The notes under the pieces are model-generated. The model was not told where the DNA came from, made no database searches, and worked only from the letters and a program-made list of their open reading frames with translations. The translations under genes were made by a program, and so were the position numbers. This document shows positions 13,701 through 25,221 of a stretch of 64,000 nucleotides of DNA, in pieces. Every line of letters starts with the position of its first letter. Positions within the stretch are counted from its first letter, which is position 1. Source of the stretch: Pristiophorus japonicus (Eukaryota); NCBI RefSeq assembly GCF_044704955.1, contig NC_091999.1:47988001-48052000 (forward strand), given 5' to 3'.

Positions 13701-13958
13701 CGATTTTCCAATCCATTGCGATATCTCCAGAATCCAGGCAATTTTGGTAGAATGCAAACAATGCATCCAATATCTCTGCAGCCACTTCTTTTAAGACCCG
13801 AGGATGCGGACCATCAGTTCCAGGCGACTTGTGAAAATGTAGTCCCATTATGCTAACCAATACTTTTTCTTAAGTGAAATGTTTTAAGTTTCCTCCTCCC
13901 CATTTCCACTTTGTTGTCTATTATTGGGATGTTTTTAGTGTCGTGTACCATGAAGGCC
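10768..13958 (+). repeat. Segmental duplication unit, copy B, plus an extra tandem copy of its antisense CR1 part (~12965-13958)
   Basis: Colinear with 5074-7170; the antisense CR1 RT segment occurs twice. Confidence 0.88.
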
Positions 13959-14431
13959 NNNNNNNNNNNNNNNNNNNNNNNNNNNNNNNNNNNNNNNNNN
14001 NNNNNNNNNNNNNNNNNNNNNNNNNNNNNNNNNNNNNNNNNNNNNNNNNNNNNNNNNNNNNNNNNNNNNNNNNNNNNNNNNNNNNNNNNNNNNNNNNNNN
14101 NNNNNNNNNNNNNNNNNNNNNNNNNNNNNNNNNNNNNNNNNNNNNNNNNNNNNNNNNNNNNNNNNNNNNNNNNNNNNNNNNNNNNNNNNNNNNNNNNNNN
14201 NNNNNNNNNNNNNNNNNNNNNNNNNNNNNNNNNNNNNNNNNNNNNNNNNNNNNNNNNNNNNNNNNNNNNNNNNNNNNNNNNNNNNNNNNNNNNNNNNNNN
14301 NNNNNNNNNNNNNNNNNNNNNNNNNNNNNNNNNNNNNNNNNNNNNNNNNNNNNNNNNNNNNNNNNNNNNNNNNNNNNNNNNNNNNNNNNNNNNNNNNNNN
14401 NNNNNNNNNNNNNNNNNNNNNNNNNNNNNNN

Positions 14432-14958
14432 AACATATAGAGAGAGTTGTTGATATAAGTTAAGAAATTAAGACAAATAGAGCTCTATGTAGATTATAGG
14501 GCAGACTGATAGATAGAAAGATATTGATGCATTGAACAATTTGGTTGATTGATAAAAGTTCAATCTGAAAGATTAGAACAAGAATGTGAATGGACGGATA
14601 TCTGAATTATTTTGAATAAAACCCTATCTCTTTTTGTAGTTCGGATTAAGAAGGTAGAAAATGCTGAGCTTTATCATCAGGGTATGGAAATCTTATTGTG
14701 TACTGACAGCTGATCTACTGCACCGTGGCAGTGGGGACCAGTCATATACAAATGTAATGAGAGGAAGTCACTGCTGAAAATCTCTGTGTTGACTGACACC
14801 GGATCTAATATGAATATTTGTCGCACTGTAATAACATAGCTCAGGACCATTGGCCTACCCAGTTCCCCAATAGGTGGAGGTCAACTGTACCCCGTCTATC
14901 TCTATCGGATTTTACCCCAGAAATCACATCCAATTGGGGTGGCGGGAGGAAATAGGAG
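14432..14958 (+). repeat. Segmental duplication unit, copy C (truncated)
   Basis: Colinear with 5074-5850, with internal deletions; followed by an antisense CR1 tail (~14958-15175). Confidence 0.85.
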
Positions 14959-16099
14959 ATAGAAACATAGAAACACAGAAAATAGGTGCAGAAGTAGGCC
15001 ATTCGGCCCTTACATCCTGCACCACAATTCAATAAAATCATGGATAATCATTCACATCAGAACCCGTTTCCTGCTTTCTCTCCATACCCCTTGATCCCTT
15101 TAGCCACAAGGGCTATATCTAACTCTCTCTTGAATATATCCAATGAACTGGCATTAAGAACTCTCTGCGGTAGGGATCTATCTATCGATCTATCTCTCAA
15201 TCTNNNNNNNNNNNNNNNNNNNNNNNNNNNNNNNNNNNNNNNNNNNNNNNNNNNNNNNNNNNNNNNNNNNNNNNNNNNNNNNNNNNNNNNNNNNNNNNNN
15301 NNNNNNNNNNNNNNNNNNNNNNNNNNNNNNNNNNNNNNNNNNNNNNNNNNNNNNNNNNNNNNNNNNNNNNNNNNNNNNNNNNNNNNNNNNNNNNNNNNNN
15401 NNNNNNNNNNNNNNNNNNNNNNNNNNNNNNNNNNNNNNNNNNNNNNNNNNNNNNNNNNNNNNNNNNNNNNNNNNNNNNNNNNNNNNNNNNNNTCTGTCTA
15501 TCTATCTATCTCTCGATCATGCTTTTCTCTCACCATCTCCCATTACAAATTGCTACATCAACATTTTTCATTCAATTGTGCATTATTAAATGTAGTTGTA
15601 GTTGCTGAGACTCACTACGAGGCCACTTCGTTTCTACTGTCTCGATCCCAAATGTGTTGCCATTTTGAGTATATGAAAACACATTGCATGCATCAATTTG
15701 TCCTGGGCAACGCCACGAGCAATCTGCTGCTGAATATCTGAAGTCACGAGCGAACCTCGGACTACTGGACCTCATTGCTGGTGACGTACTGTAACGTTTC
15801 CGGCGACTCCAAGCCAGCAGTGGTGCTTCACATGCAGTTTGCATACGGTAGATCTAGTTATGGGACCAAATAATTCACTGATGGAAGACGATAAAATTTA
15901 AGACATGCTGTGTGTAGACAGGGCGGGGAGGCAATAGGAAGGCATAAGTCTTTCGGGATGGTATATGGTTAGAATTGATGTGGGGACTTGATTTTACCGA
16001 GTCTCCACCCATGTTCCTCAATTGGAAAATAGCGACTGCATGGAGCAGGTCCATGTGCTTTTGTCCTTCCTTCATGATGGATCAGTGGGAATTGTTTGG

Positions 16100-16850
16100 C
16101 GTTGATAGAAGGCTACGTGAAGAGAGCCAGGAGAGAGCATGGCAGTGGCATTAGTTTGGGATTCATATACGACTATAGGGAGAGAGTGGCACACTGAGGT
16201 TAGTTTCGGATGGATAAAGGCTATGGTGCTTGGGTGGGCAGTGTGTTTTTTGTGGCATTGATAAAGGGCTACGTTGCGTGGGTGTGGCAGTGTGATTAGT
16301 GTGGGATTGATGCAGGGCTGTGGGGAGAGAGCGGGGCCATGCGATTAGTTTGGGATTGATACAGGGTTATGGGGAGACAGTGGGGCAGCAGGAGCAGTTT
16401 GGGTGAGATTGATGGCTGTGGGGAGAGAGAGGGCTGTCGGATTAGTATGGGATTTGTACAGGGCAATGAGGAGTGAGCTGGACAGTGGGATTCGTTTTGA
16501 ATTGATGCAGAAATATGGGGAAAGAGGGGAAAGAGCAATTTGTTTTTCAGTAATACAGAGCTTTGTGGAGAGTATGCAGTGGAATAGTTCGATGAATATA
16601 GGGAAATAGAAGAAAGCATACTTAGTTTGGGATTGTAACTGTGGTATAGGCAATGAGCGAGGCTGTGGGATTAGATTAGAATTCCTACATGAATCTGGGG
16701 AAAGAGGCGCATTGGTGTTAGTTTGCAATTGGTATCGCGCTTCCGAGAGAGAGTGGCTGTATGATTAGTTTCGGTTTATACAGCACTTTGAGGAATGAGC
16801 GCGGCTGTGGGATTAGATTGATATTTATATACGGCTCTGGAGAGAGAGGG
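16100..16850 (+). repeat. Degenerate ~48-bp minisatellite resembling a CR1 3' end motif
   Basis: Recurring gattagtttgggattgatacagggctatggggagagag...gcagtgg units. Confidence 0.8.
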
Positions 16851-17239
16851 GACAGGATCACACAAGGGGCAAAATTGCAATCAGTAATTCCGATCTGAAT
16901 GAATGGCTTCAGTTTGTGCCGCTATAAAATTTTGGTTCATATCCCAGATTCGATATGTGGACACTTGCATTTGGTCAAAGTAAACAATTTATTAATTAGT
17001 TGCTTCATCAAGGAGAAATGCGATCAGGTTCTCAACATAGATACTAATTCTCATTGTCTGTTTCTTTACCTGCTGTTTGCTGCGAAATGTTGTTTGAATC
17101 TGTGAATGTTGTAATTCTAAAATTGGCAGTCAATAAACTCTGAATGTATATGTTAAAGAGCCGAACCATTTAATTTTTTAAAAACACCACAATCTACTAA
17201 TTCAAGGTTATAGCAATGCGTTCCTCGTCTGTCAACACC

Positions 17240-18265
17240 AACAAGAACTTATGTCAATGTAGCGCCATTAACCAAGAAAAACGTCCCAAGGTGCTACACA
17301 GGAGAGTTATTAAACAGAATCTGACACCGAGCCTCATAAGAAGAAATTAGGATGGATGAGAAAAAGCTTGGTCAAAGATGTAGGTCTTAAGCAGCGTCTT
17401 AAAGACTGAGAGCGAGGTCGAGAGGTGGAGAAGTTTAAGGAGGAATTATTTTGCTGAGGAACTACGCAGCTATATGTGCGGCCACCAATGTTGAGTGATT
17501 AACAAAGAGAATGCGCAAAAGGCCGGGATTTAGAGATGTGCACAGATGTCGGTGGGTTGTTGTGTTGGAGAAGGTTACAGAGCTTAGCGAGAAAGGGATG
17601 AATTAAAAAAACAATGAGAGTTTTAAATGGAGATTTTTCTGGAACGAGAGCAAATGAAGGTCAGTGATGGAGGAACGGGTCGGTGTGAGTTAGGGCACGG
17701 GCAGCCGAGCTTTTGATATGGTAAAGTTTATAGAGGGTGTAAGATGGGAGCACATCCATCTGAGCGTTGAAATAGTGAAGTCTAGAGATAAGAAAGGCAT
17801 GGATGAGGGTTTCCGCAGCAGATGAGCTGAGGTAGGAGTGGTGTATAGCGAGGTTACTGAGGTTAAAATAGGCAATCTTGCTGATGGAGCGCAAAGGTGG
17901 TTGGAAGCTCATCTCGGAGTCAAATACGATACCAAGATTGCAGATAGACTGGTTCAGCTTCAGTCAGATGCTAGCGAAAGGAATGGAGTGGGTGGCTATG
18001 GAACGGAGTTTGTGGCGAGAGCAAAGACGCTGGCTTCAGTACTCACAATATTGTGTTGGAGAACATTTCTGCTCATCCAATACCGTATGTCACAAAAGCA
18101 GCCTGAAAAATTAGAGAAACTGGTGGGGTGGAGAGAGGTAGTGGTGAGGTCGAGCTGGGTGTCGTTAGCATATATGTGGAACGTGATATTGTGTTTTTGG
18201 ATGACGGCCCCGACGGGCGCCGTTTAGATGAGAAATATCTGGGGGCCAGGGATAGATACTTATGG
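17240..18265 (-). mobile_element. L2 LINE 3' fragment
   Basis: 'LSSSAAETLIHAFLISRLHYFN', 'HIYANDTQL' (YADD region), L2 3' UTR motifs. Confidence 0.85.
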
Positions 18266-18454
18266 GACACCAGTTAACAGCGTGAGACCGCGAAGAGCAG
18301 CCCTGGCTTTTGGCAGTGTGTGGAAAGAGGTTTCTACTCAAACCAATGGGTAGGCCCTGATGGAGTGGGGGAAGGGTGAAGGGAAGGAGATTTTTTCTTG
18401 TTTGCGTGTGGAAAGGAAATAAATAACGAATTAATTTAGCGCGCTTGATGAGCT

Positions 18455-18860
18455 CAGGACGTCTCAAAACGCTTTAGAATCAATGAAGTACTTTTGAAGT
18501 GAAGCCACTGTTCATTGTAGGGCACGCAGCAGCCAATCGATGCAGTGCAAGACCCGACAAACAGCAATGAGATTAATGAGCATATAATGTACTTTAATGA
18601 TGGTGGGTGAGGGATAAATATTAGCCGGAGCACCAGGAAAATTCCCCTGCCATGGGTTCTTTTGTATTCACATCAGAGAGCAGGGAAAACCTCAGACCAA
18701 CATCTCATTAGAAAGACGGCACGTTCGACAGTGCAGCACTCCCTCAGCAATGCACTGGCGTGCCAGACTACATTATGTGCTTAAATCGTTGCAGCGGTAC
18801 TTGAATCCACAACCTTCTGATGTCAGAGGTGCGGGTGCGACTGCTGAGCAAACGCTGACG
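18455..18860 (-). mobile_element. Deu-domain SINE
   Basis: Reverse complement of the element at 2515-2935 (gacagtgcagcactccctcag, acttgaatccacaacct). Confidence 0.7.
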
Positions 18861-19189
18861 CCTTGATCAGAGAAGATTACGTGGAGATTTGATAGTGGTC
18901 TTCAATATTAGACAAGATATCGATAGAGTAAATTAAACTGAACAGTTTCCACTGGAGGAAGGATCGTAACCAGACAATATCGATTTAAGTTAATCGGTAT
19001 TAAAAGAGATGGCAAATTAGGAGGCATTTTTGTGCAGCGCGATATTGTGACAGGGTATGCACTGTCTGAGAGGGAGGTGGAAGCAGATTTTATTAGTAAC
19101 CTTCATAATTACCTTGATATATTCTTCAAAAATAAAGATGTAAATGGCTATGGGGCAAGATTCGTACTAATTGAACTGCCCCGTAGTAG

Positions 19190-19863
19190 TTCAGTATTCA
19201 TTAAGATTTCCATCTCCTGACATTATATTATTACAAACACTGACACCCCGTCCCAACCTTCAGTAGTTCAAGTGTCTGTACTCACTGATATTCAATTCTC
19301 TGCCCCACCCCCTCCCACCACCATGATTTGTCTACATATTTTAGTCAAATCGCTCACTACTTTTTATCAGGTTTCACTACACAAGGCAACCCCCCCCACC
19401 CCCACCCCTCCACCCCTTCCGCATTATATTATTACGGTCCCGGGACCAGTCCTAAACTGCTGTAGATCAGACGTCAGTACAGAGGGAGATCTCCAGCTCA
19501 TGTCATGTCCCCCTTTCTCAATTATAGTATTACAGACTCTGGTACCCAATGCCACATTGCTGTAGATCAGATGCCACTGCACGTTGAGATTTCCATACCC
19601 TCATGTTGACAAAGAGCCTTTTCCATTTTCTTAACACGAACAGCAAACAAACATTCATTCACCATGGCAATCTATCCATCTGTACTCAAGGCTACTCATT
19701 AGTCTCTTAAAATATTAAAATGATTTGTGAAAAGTATTATCGATCTCTCTGCATCACTGTACCGTTCTCTGTATCTGACTGTCTGTCTGTCTGCATGTCT
19801 ACCTATATATTGCACTATCTGTCATAATTTATATCAACAACATTCACTATATGTTTGTATATA
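19190..19863 (-). repeat. Inverted, diverged copy of the non-coding block of the 5074/10768/14432 unit
   Basis: Reverse complement contains tgttgttgatataaattatgacagatagtgcaatat and gggtatggaaatctc, matching the start of the unit. Confidence 0.7.
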
Positions 19864-21029
19864 NNNNNNNNNNNNNNNNNNNNNNNNNNNNNNNNNNNNN
19901 NNNNNNNNNNNNNNNNNNNNNNNNNNNNNNNNNNNNNNNNNNNNNNNNNNNNNNNNNNNNNNNNNNNNNNNNNNNNNNNNNNNNNNNNNNNNNNNNNNNN
20001 NNNNNNNNNNNNNNNNNNNNNNNNNNNNNNNNNNNNNNNNAACTGTCTATCTATCGATATGTCTGTCTGTCCATTTACGATTGGAATAAAATGATGAATA
20101 TTCATAATTGCCCGGATTTAGCCGGGCTGATGATGGTGTCTGCACAGCGTGCGCCGTCGTAAGTCCTCAGAATGGGTCCGCAACTTCTGACTTTCCATAT
20201 GCGCTGCACATGCACGTAAAACCCGGAAGTTCCGATCTGTCAAGATTCATCTTTATTGATCATCTGCGATCACCCCGAAAACACTCTTCCTTGTGCAGGG
20301 CCCAACTGCGCCCCACCGAATGCCCCTGAAACATTTTAAATGCTTAATAAAAGGGACTTTTCATTCATTTGGAACAGGGGATTCGTTATTTTTATTAGAA
20401 TTGTGTTTTATTGAGAGATTTCTCACAAGCTTATGGGAATTTATTTTGTAATTGGAAGCCCCATAAGGTAATGGTGAATCCCTCTATTTAATTGGTTGGG
20501 CTGGCCCAGCCAGGTGATCCCAGGAATGCTTCCGAACCGCCTGCTTCCCTGGGATCCATTGGCCTTTATGCAGATATATACATTGAGTCCCAAGACCTGA
20601 AGACTCCAAAGCTCCAGAGACACCAATTTATTTTCGTGTCGGTGGCGTACTCCGGGTGTATGCCTCAGACCTCAAATTCAGGACCCATATATCTATCTAT
20701 AATATAATAGAAATCTTATATCTTTGCGATCTTTGTGCGAACTTCTCGCATTTTATGTTCCTATCTCTACATTTATAATGGAAACTGCTTATGCAAACGT
20801 GCCACGCTTTGATTACACTCTCCCGATAGCGGTGGCGCTGTAGTGCCTCAGTTTTGCATCTCCAGCCTTCCCCGCCTCGACAGCAAGCAATGCCCGATTT
20901 TCGATACAAATCTACTTCTCTCCTTCCCAAAATACACTAACTCTTGTTATTTACCTAAAGGTAATAACATGAAACCAAAACATAATATAATGAAACGAAT
21001 GCAGCATGTATAACTTTAAAATGGAGAAG

Positions 21030-21298
21030 ACTTATTTCTGCAATTATTTCTAGTCTAATTCTCCCGCAGCTTTCCAACCCCATTTATACTGAGCACTACA
21101 CTTGTTTTTTGCGCCCTATATAAAATGCCAGGTGAGTTCCACTTGTAATCATCTAAAGCAACAATAATGCTTTAATCAGGCAGTAAAATATATTCAAATT
21201 TACAATTCTGGTGCATTCATGTCCCACACATCAAGAGTCCAATTAAAAGGACCTCAAAAACCCCATTTCTGGCATTACACAGGCGGACGCACTGGCAG
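21030..21298 (+). repeat. ~270-bp direct repeat, copy 1 (copy 2 at 23243-23507)
   Basis: ttatttctgca...aattctccc.cagctttccaac...tatataaaatgc...gacgcactggcag present at both positions. Confidence 0.9.
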
Positions 21299-21309
21299 TC
21301 GGTGAAGAT

Positions 21310-22255
21310 GTATGTGGCGCAAACACCCGGCGTCTCCAGTCCGTCCAAGTCGGGCAGCGATTGGCAAGAAAACCGGTAAAATCCCGGTAAAGAAAATGCG
21401 GCACCAGTTGCCGGGTGACAGCGGGACTACAGAATTGGAAGACTGGTGGGAAACGATTGCCGGCGAGGATCGGAGGACTGGCAGTAATCGGCGGGTCGCG
21501 AGGACCCAGGAAAGAGTCAGCACGGACAACCAGTGAGGTCTGGACCCAGGAACGGTTTAGAACGGGTCAGCAGCAAGGACAGAATCCAGGGAAGGTAGAA
21601 CACAGACCAGCAGCAGGATCCGGAGTCCGAATGCTGCAGCGAGGTCGGGAAGCCAAGGCCAGCAGTAAGCTCGGGACCCAGGGAAGGTACAGCATGGACC
21701 CGCAGCAGGGCCGGGAGGCAGAGCGCAGCAGCGAGGTCGGTAAACCAAGGCCGGCAGTAAGCTCGGGACCCAGGGAAGGTACAGCACGAACCAACAGTGA
21801 GGTGGGAGGCTGAGACCCACAGCGAGGTCAGGACACGAGGAAGTACAGAGCAGCACAGAACAACAGGGTCGTCGGGATCCAAGGAAGGTACAGCACGGTC
21901 CAACAAGGAGGTCAGGACGCAAGGAAGATACAGAAAAGACCATCAGGGAGTTTGGCACAGGAGGCTAGCAGCATGGCCCGGATCCGAGGCCAGTACCGAG
22001 GTCGAAACACGAGGCCAGAATAAACGTTGTCACTAGAAAACAACCAACGACAAAAGTGTGTGCGGTTGGAGAGAGAATAGGAAAGCGCAGGAGAGCCGCG
22101 TGCTGGTGCTGGTGCGGGGCTGGCGCGGGGGGTGGGGGAGACACATTGTTAATATTCTATGCACAATTCTGCAAACCGCTCCAAGATTAAGGTGCTCACC
22201 GACACTGTGATCTCTGAAAACATTTTAGAGAGGACCTGAGGGAGCAGGTCAGTAG
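21310..22255 (+). repeat. GC-rich ~950-bp duplicated element with internal ~92-bp degenerate repeats (paralog at 28917-29790)
   Basis: Recurrent gaggtcgggaagccaaggccagcag and gggacccagggaaggtacagcacggacc motifs; colinear with 28917-29790. Confidence 0.85.
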
Positions 22256-23242
22256 GAACATAGAAATATAGAAACATAGAAAATAGGTGCAGGAATAGGC
22301 CATTCGGCCCTTCGAGCCTGCACCACCATTCAATAAGATCATGCCTGATCATTCACCTCAGTACCCCTTTCCTGCCTTCTCTCCATACCCCTTGATCCCT
22401 TTAGTCGTTAGGTCCATAATCAACTCCCGCTTGAATATATCTAACGAACTGGCCTCAACAACTCTCTGCAGAAAAGAATTCCACAGGTTAACAACTCTCT
22501 GAGTGAAGAAGTTCCTCCTCATCTTGGTCCTAAATGGCTTACACTTTATCATTAGACTGTGACCCCTGGTTCTGGACTCCCCCAACATCGTGAACATTCT
22601 GCTTGCATCTAAGCTGTCCAGTCCTGTCAGAATTTTATATGTTTCTATGAGATCCCCTATCATTCTTCTAGACTCCAGCGAATAGACGCCCATTCGATCC
22701 AGTCTCTCCTCATATGTCAGTCCTGCCATCCCGGGCATCAGTCTGGTGAACCTTCGCTGCACTCCCTCAATAGCAAGAATGTCCTTCCTCAGATTAGGAG
22801 ACCAAAAGTGAACACAATATTCCAGGTGAGGCCTCACCAAGGCCCTGTCGAGCTGTCGCAAGACCTCCCTGCTCCCATACTCAAATCCCCTAGCCAGGAA
22901 CGCCAACATGCCATTTGCCTTCTTCACCACTTGCTGCACCTGCATTTCAACCTTCAATGACTGATGTACCATGACACCCAGGTCTCGTTGCACATCCCCT
23001 TTAACTAATCTGCCAACATTCAGATAATAATCTGCCTTCATGCTTTAGCCACCAAATTGGATAACCGCACATTTATCCACATTATACTGCATCTTTAATG
23101 CAGTTGCCCACTCAACTAACCTGTCTAATTAACCCTGCAGCCTCTTAGCATCCTCCTCACAGCTCAAACTGCCACCCAGCTTAGTGTCATCTGCAAACTT
23201 GGAGATATTACTCTCAATTCCTGTATCTATATCATTGATGAA
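22255..23242 (-). mobile_element. CR1 LINE 3' fragment
   Basis: ORF 22358-23041 'QRDLGVMVH...LVRPHLEYCV.FWSP...RMIGDLIETYKIL' with a catagaaa tail. Confidence 0.95.
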
Positions 23243-25221
23243 TTATTTCTGCATATCTCTGATCTTAATTCTCCCTCAGCTTTCCAACTCCATTTAAACT
23301 GATAACTACACTTGTTTCTTGGTCACTATATAAAATGCTAGGTGATTTCGACTAGTAATCATCGAAAGCAAAATAATGCTTGTATCAGACAGTAAAATAT
23401 AGCCTAATTTACAATTCTGGTGTATTGATGTCCCACAAATCCAGAGTCCAATTAAAAGGACTTCAAAAACCCAATTTCCGGTATTATACGGCAGACGCAC
23501 TGGCAGCATGCTTCAAGAGTGAAAAACAATCTCTGGGTCCTGGTTGATAGTGGCTTCTGATTTTTGTTTTACATCATTCCAATTGCTCCACCTCATCCTA
23601 CCTCACAGTACTCCTCAGTTGTTGATGTGGAAAGAAACTACCCTGGGTCGTGGGCAGGCTATGATGTGAGAAACGTTATTACAAGCATGCAGGGGAGAGA
23701 ATATTAGCAAAGGCTCTCTCCGATAAACAATTGCATCAGGTTTTATAAATGATTGTGCGGAAGCGTAAGCTTGACAATTTACAATGATAAAAAACATCCA
23801 TATATGTCTGTGACTAGCAGCTGTTCAACCGTTGGCTCTGCCCATGTGACTGGTTAATGTATACACCCATGTCTCTTCCAAAGCGATCAGAGTCTCGCAC
23901 GTAGGCTTTGGAAGATGCTTTCCGTTATCTCAAATGTTTCAGTATCAAGACATTTACATCTCACGTTCGGTGGTTCTAAACCACCATATCTGAAATCTCA
24001 AGTTGAAATTTCTGTCCTTTGTTCTAAACTGCTAAGCCTGCAGTTTTAACATGTTCAGCTTACAAATGGCCAAACGAAACGTCATGCATACGATGACAAT
24101 AGCTTGTTATTAACATAGCTACAGCATCCATTGAAATGTCATTCTGACTTGCACGTGATGGAATAATCACAGGTTCTCAACATATCAGCACATTAAGAAA
24201 TGCTACTTATTCCTATTAGCGCCTTAAGGCAGCTCCAGACCCTCCAGGTCGCCACATCAGCTTTTTCTCAACATGTATATAATACATTACAATCAACGTA
24301 AGTTACATTTATTCTGAAACTCCACCATTTATTTTGAATTTGCATCAATTATCATACTGATCAAAAAAATTAACATTGAATTTGTAAAATTTACGCCACA
24401 ATTTAAGCAAGTGGTACATTGTATAGTCAGCAAACTCTACAACGTTGGACAGCTGCTGTGAAGCTGATGGACTGATGGTCGTTGCAGGTTCTTTCAAGTC
24501 CTCCATTTCAGATCTTGCATTTTGCCCATATCCTACAGTGTACTGCCCTGCTTTGGTTTCAAAGGGACAAGAGAATATTCCAGAACAAGTCCCATTTGTG
24601 AATCCCTCTCCATTCCCCTGCCCAGTGTCCAGTACGGCAAGTTGGTGATTGGTTCGCAGAAATAATGAGCATCATAACAGTGGGAATATCTCCCACACGG
24701 TTTAGACATATATAGAGTTACATAAATATAATGGCCAGGAATTTCCGTGGCATTTAATGCATACATGGTGCCAATGGGGCCATAAGTGCCACGCAAGTTC
24801 CAGCTTTCAGGGAGTGATGTGCATGCATGAAAACACAGAAATTGCAATCTGTCAAGATTTTGCTTGACAGATCGGCCGCATCCCTGGGAAAGGGACATTT
24901 GATGGTGGAGATTTTGGCTATTTGCCTAGCGAATGCCCATGAAAATCTTGCACCTGTTAAAAGGAGGCAGAGTGTTTTATTTTACCAGTGTAAGATTGCA
25001 GTTATTATTAAAATATATTTTAATCATTTAAACATAATAAAACCTTTAAAAGTCATTATGTTAACTTAACTTCTTGAAAACGTTTACATTTATTTTTCAA
25101 AAAGTTTAATATTTGTTTAAAATGTTTACTTTAATTGTATTTTAATTCATTTTGATGTATTGCTTGATTTATAATTAACAGGTGTGTAGTTCTGTTATTA
25201 GGTGCTTCCTATTATCTTCTC

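Noticed and set aside
15540-15900. Unique-looking sequence with a 90-aa minus-strand ORF (also 23.5-24.9 kb and 59.5-59.9 kb)
   Set aside because: No recognisable domain or convincing splice structure in the frames I read; a database search would be needed.
22204-22210. CACTGTG as a possible J/D RSS (also ~29676 and ~58340)
   Set aside because: No GGTTTTTGT-like nonamer at the correct spacing and no WGxG/FGxG motif downstream.
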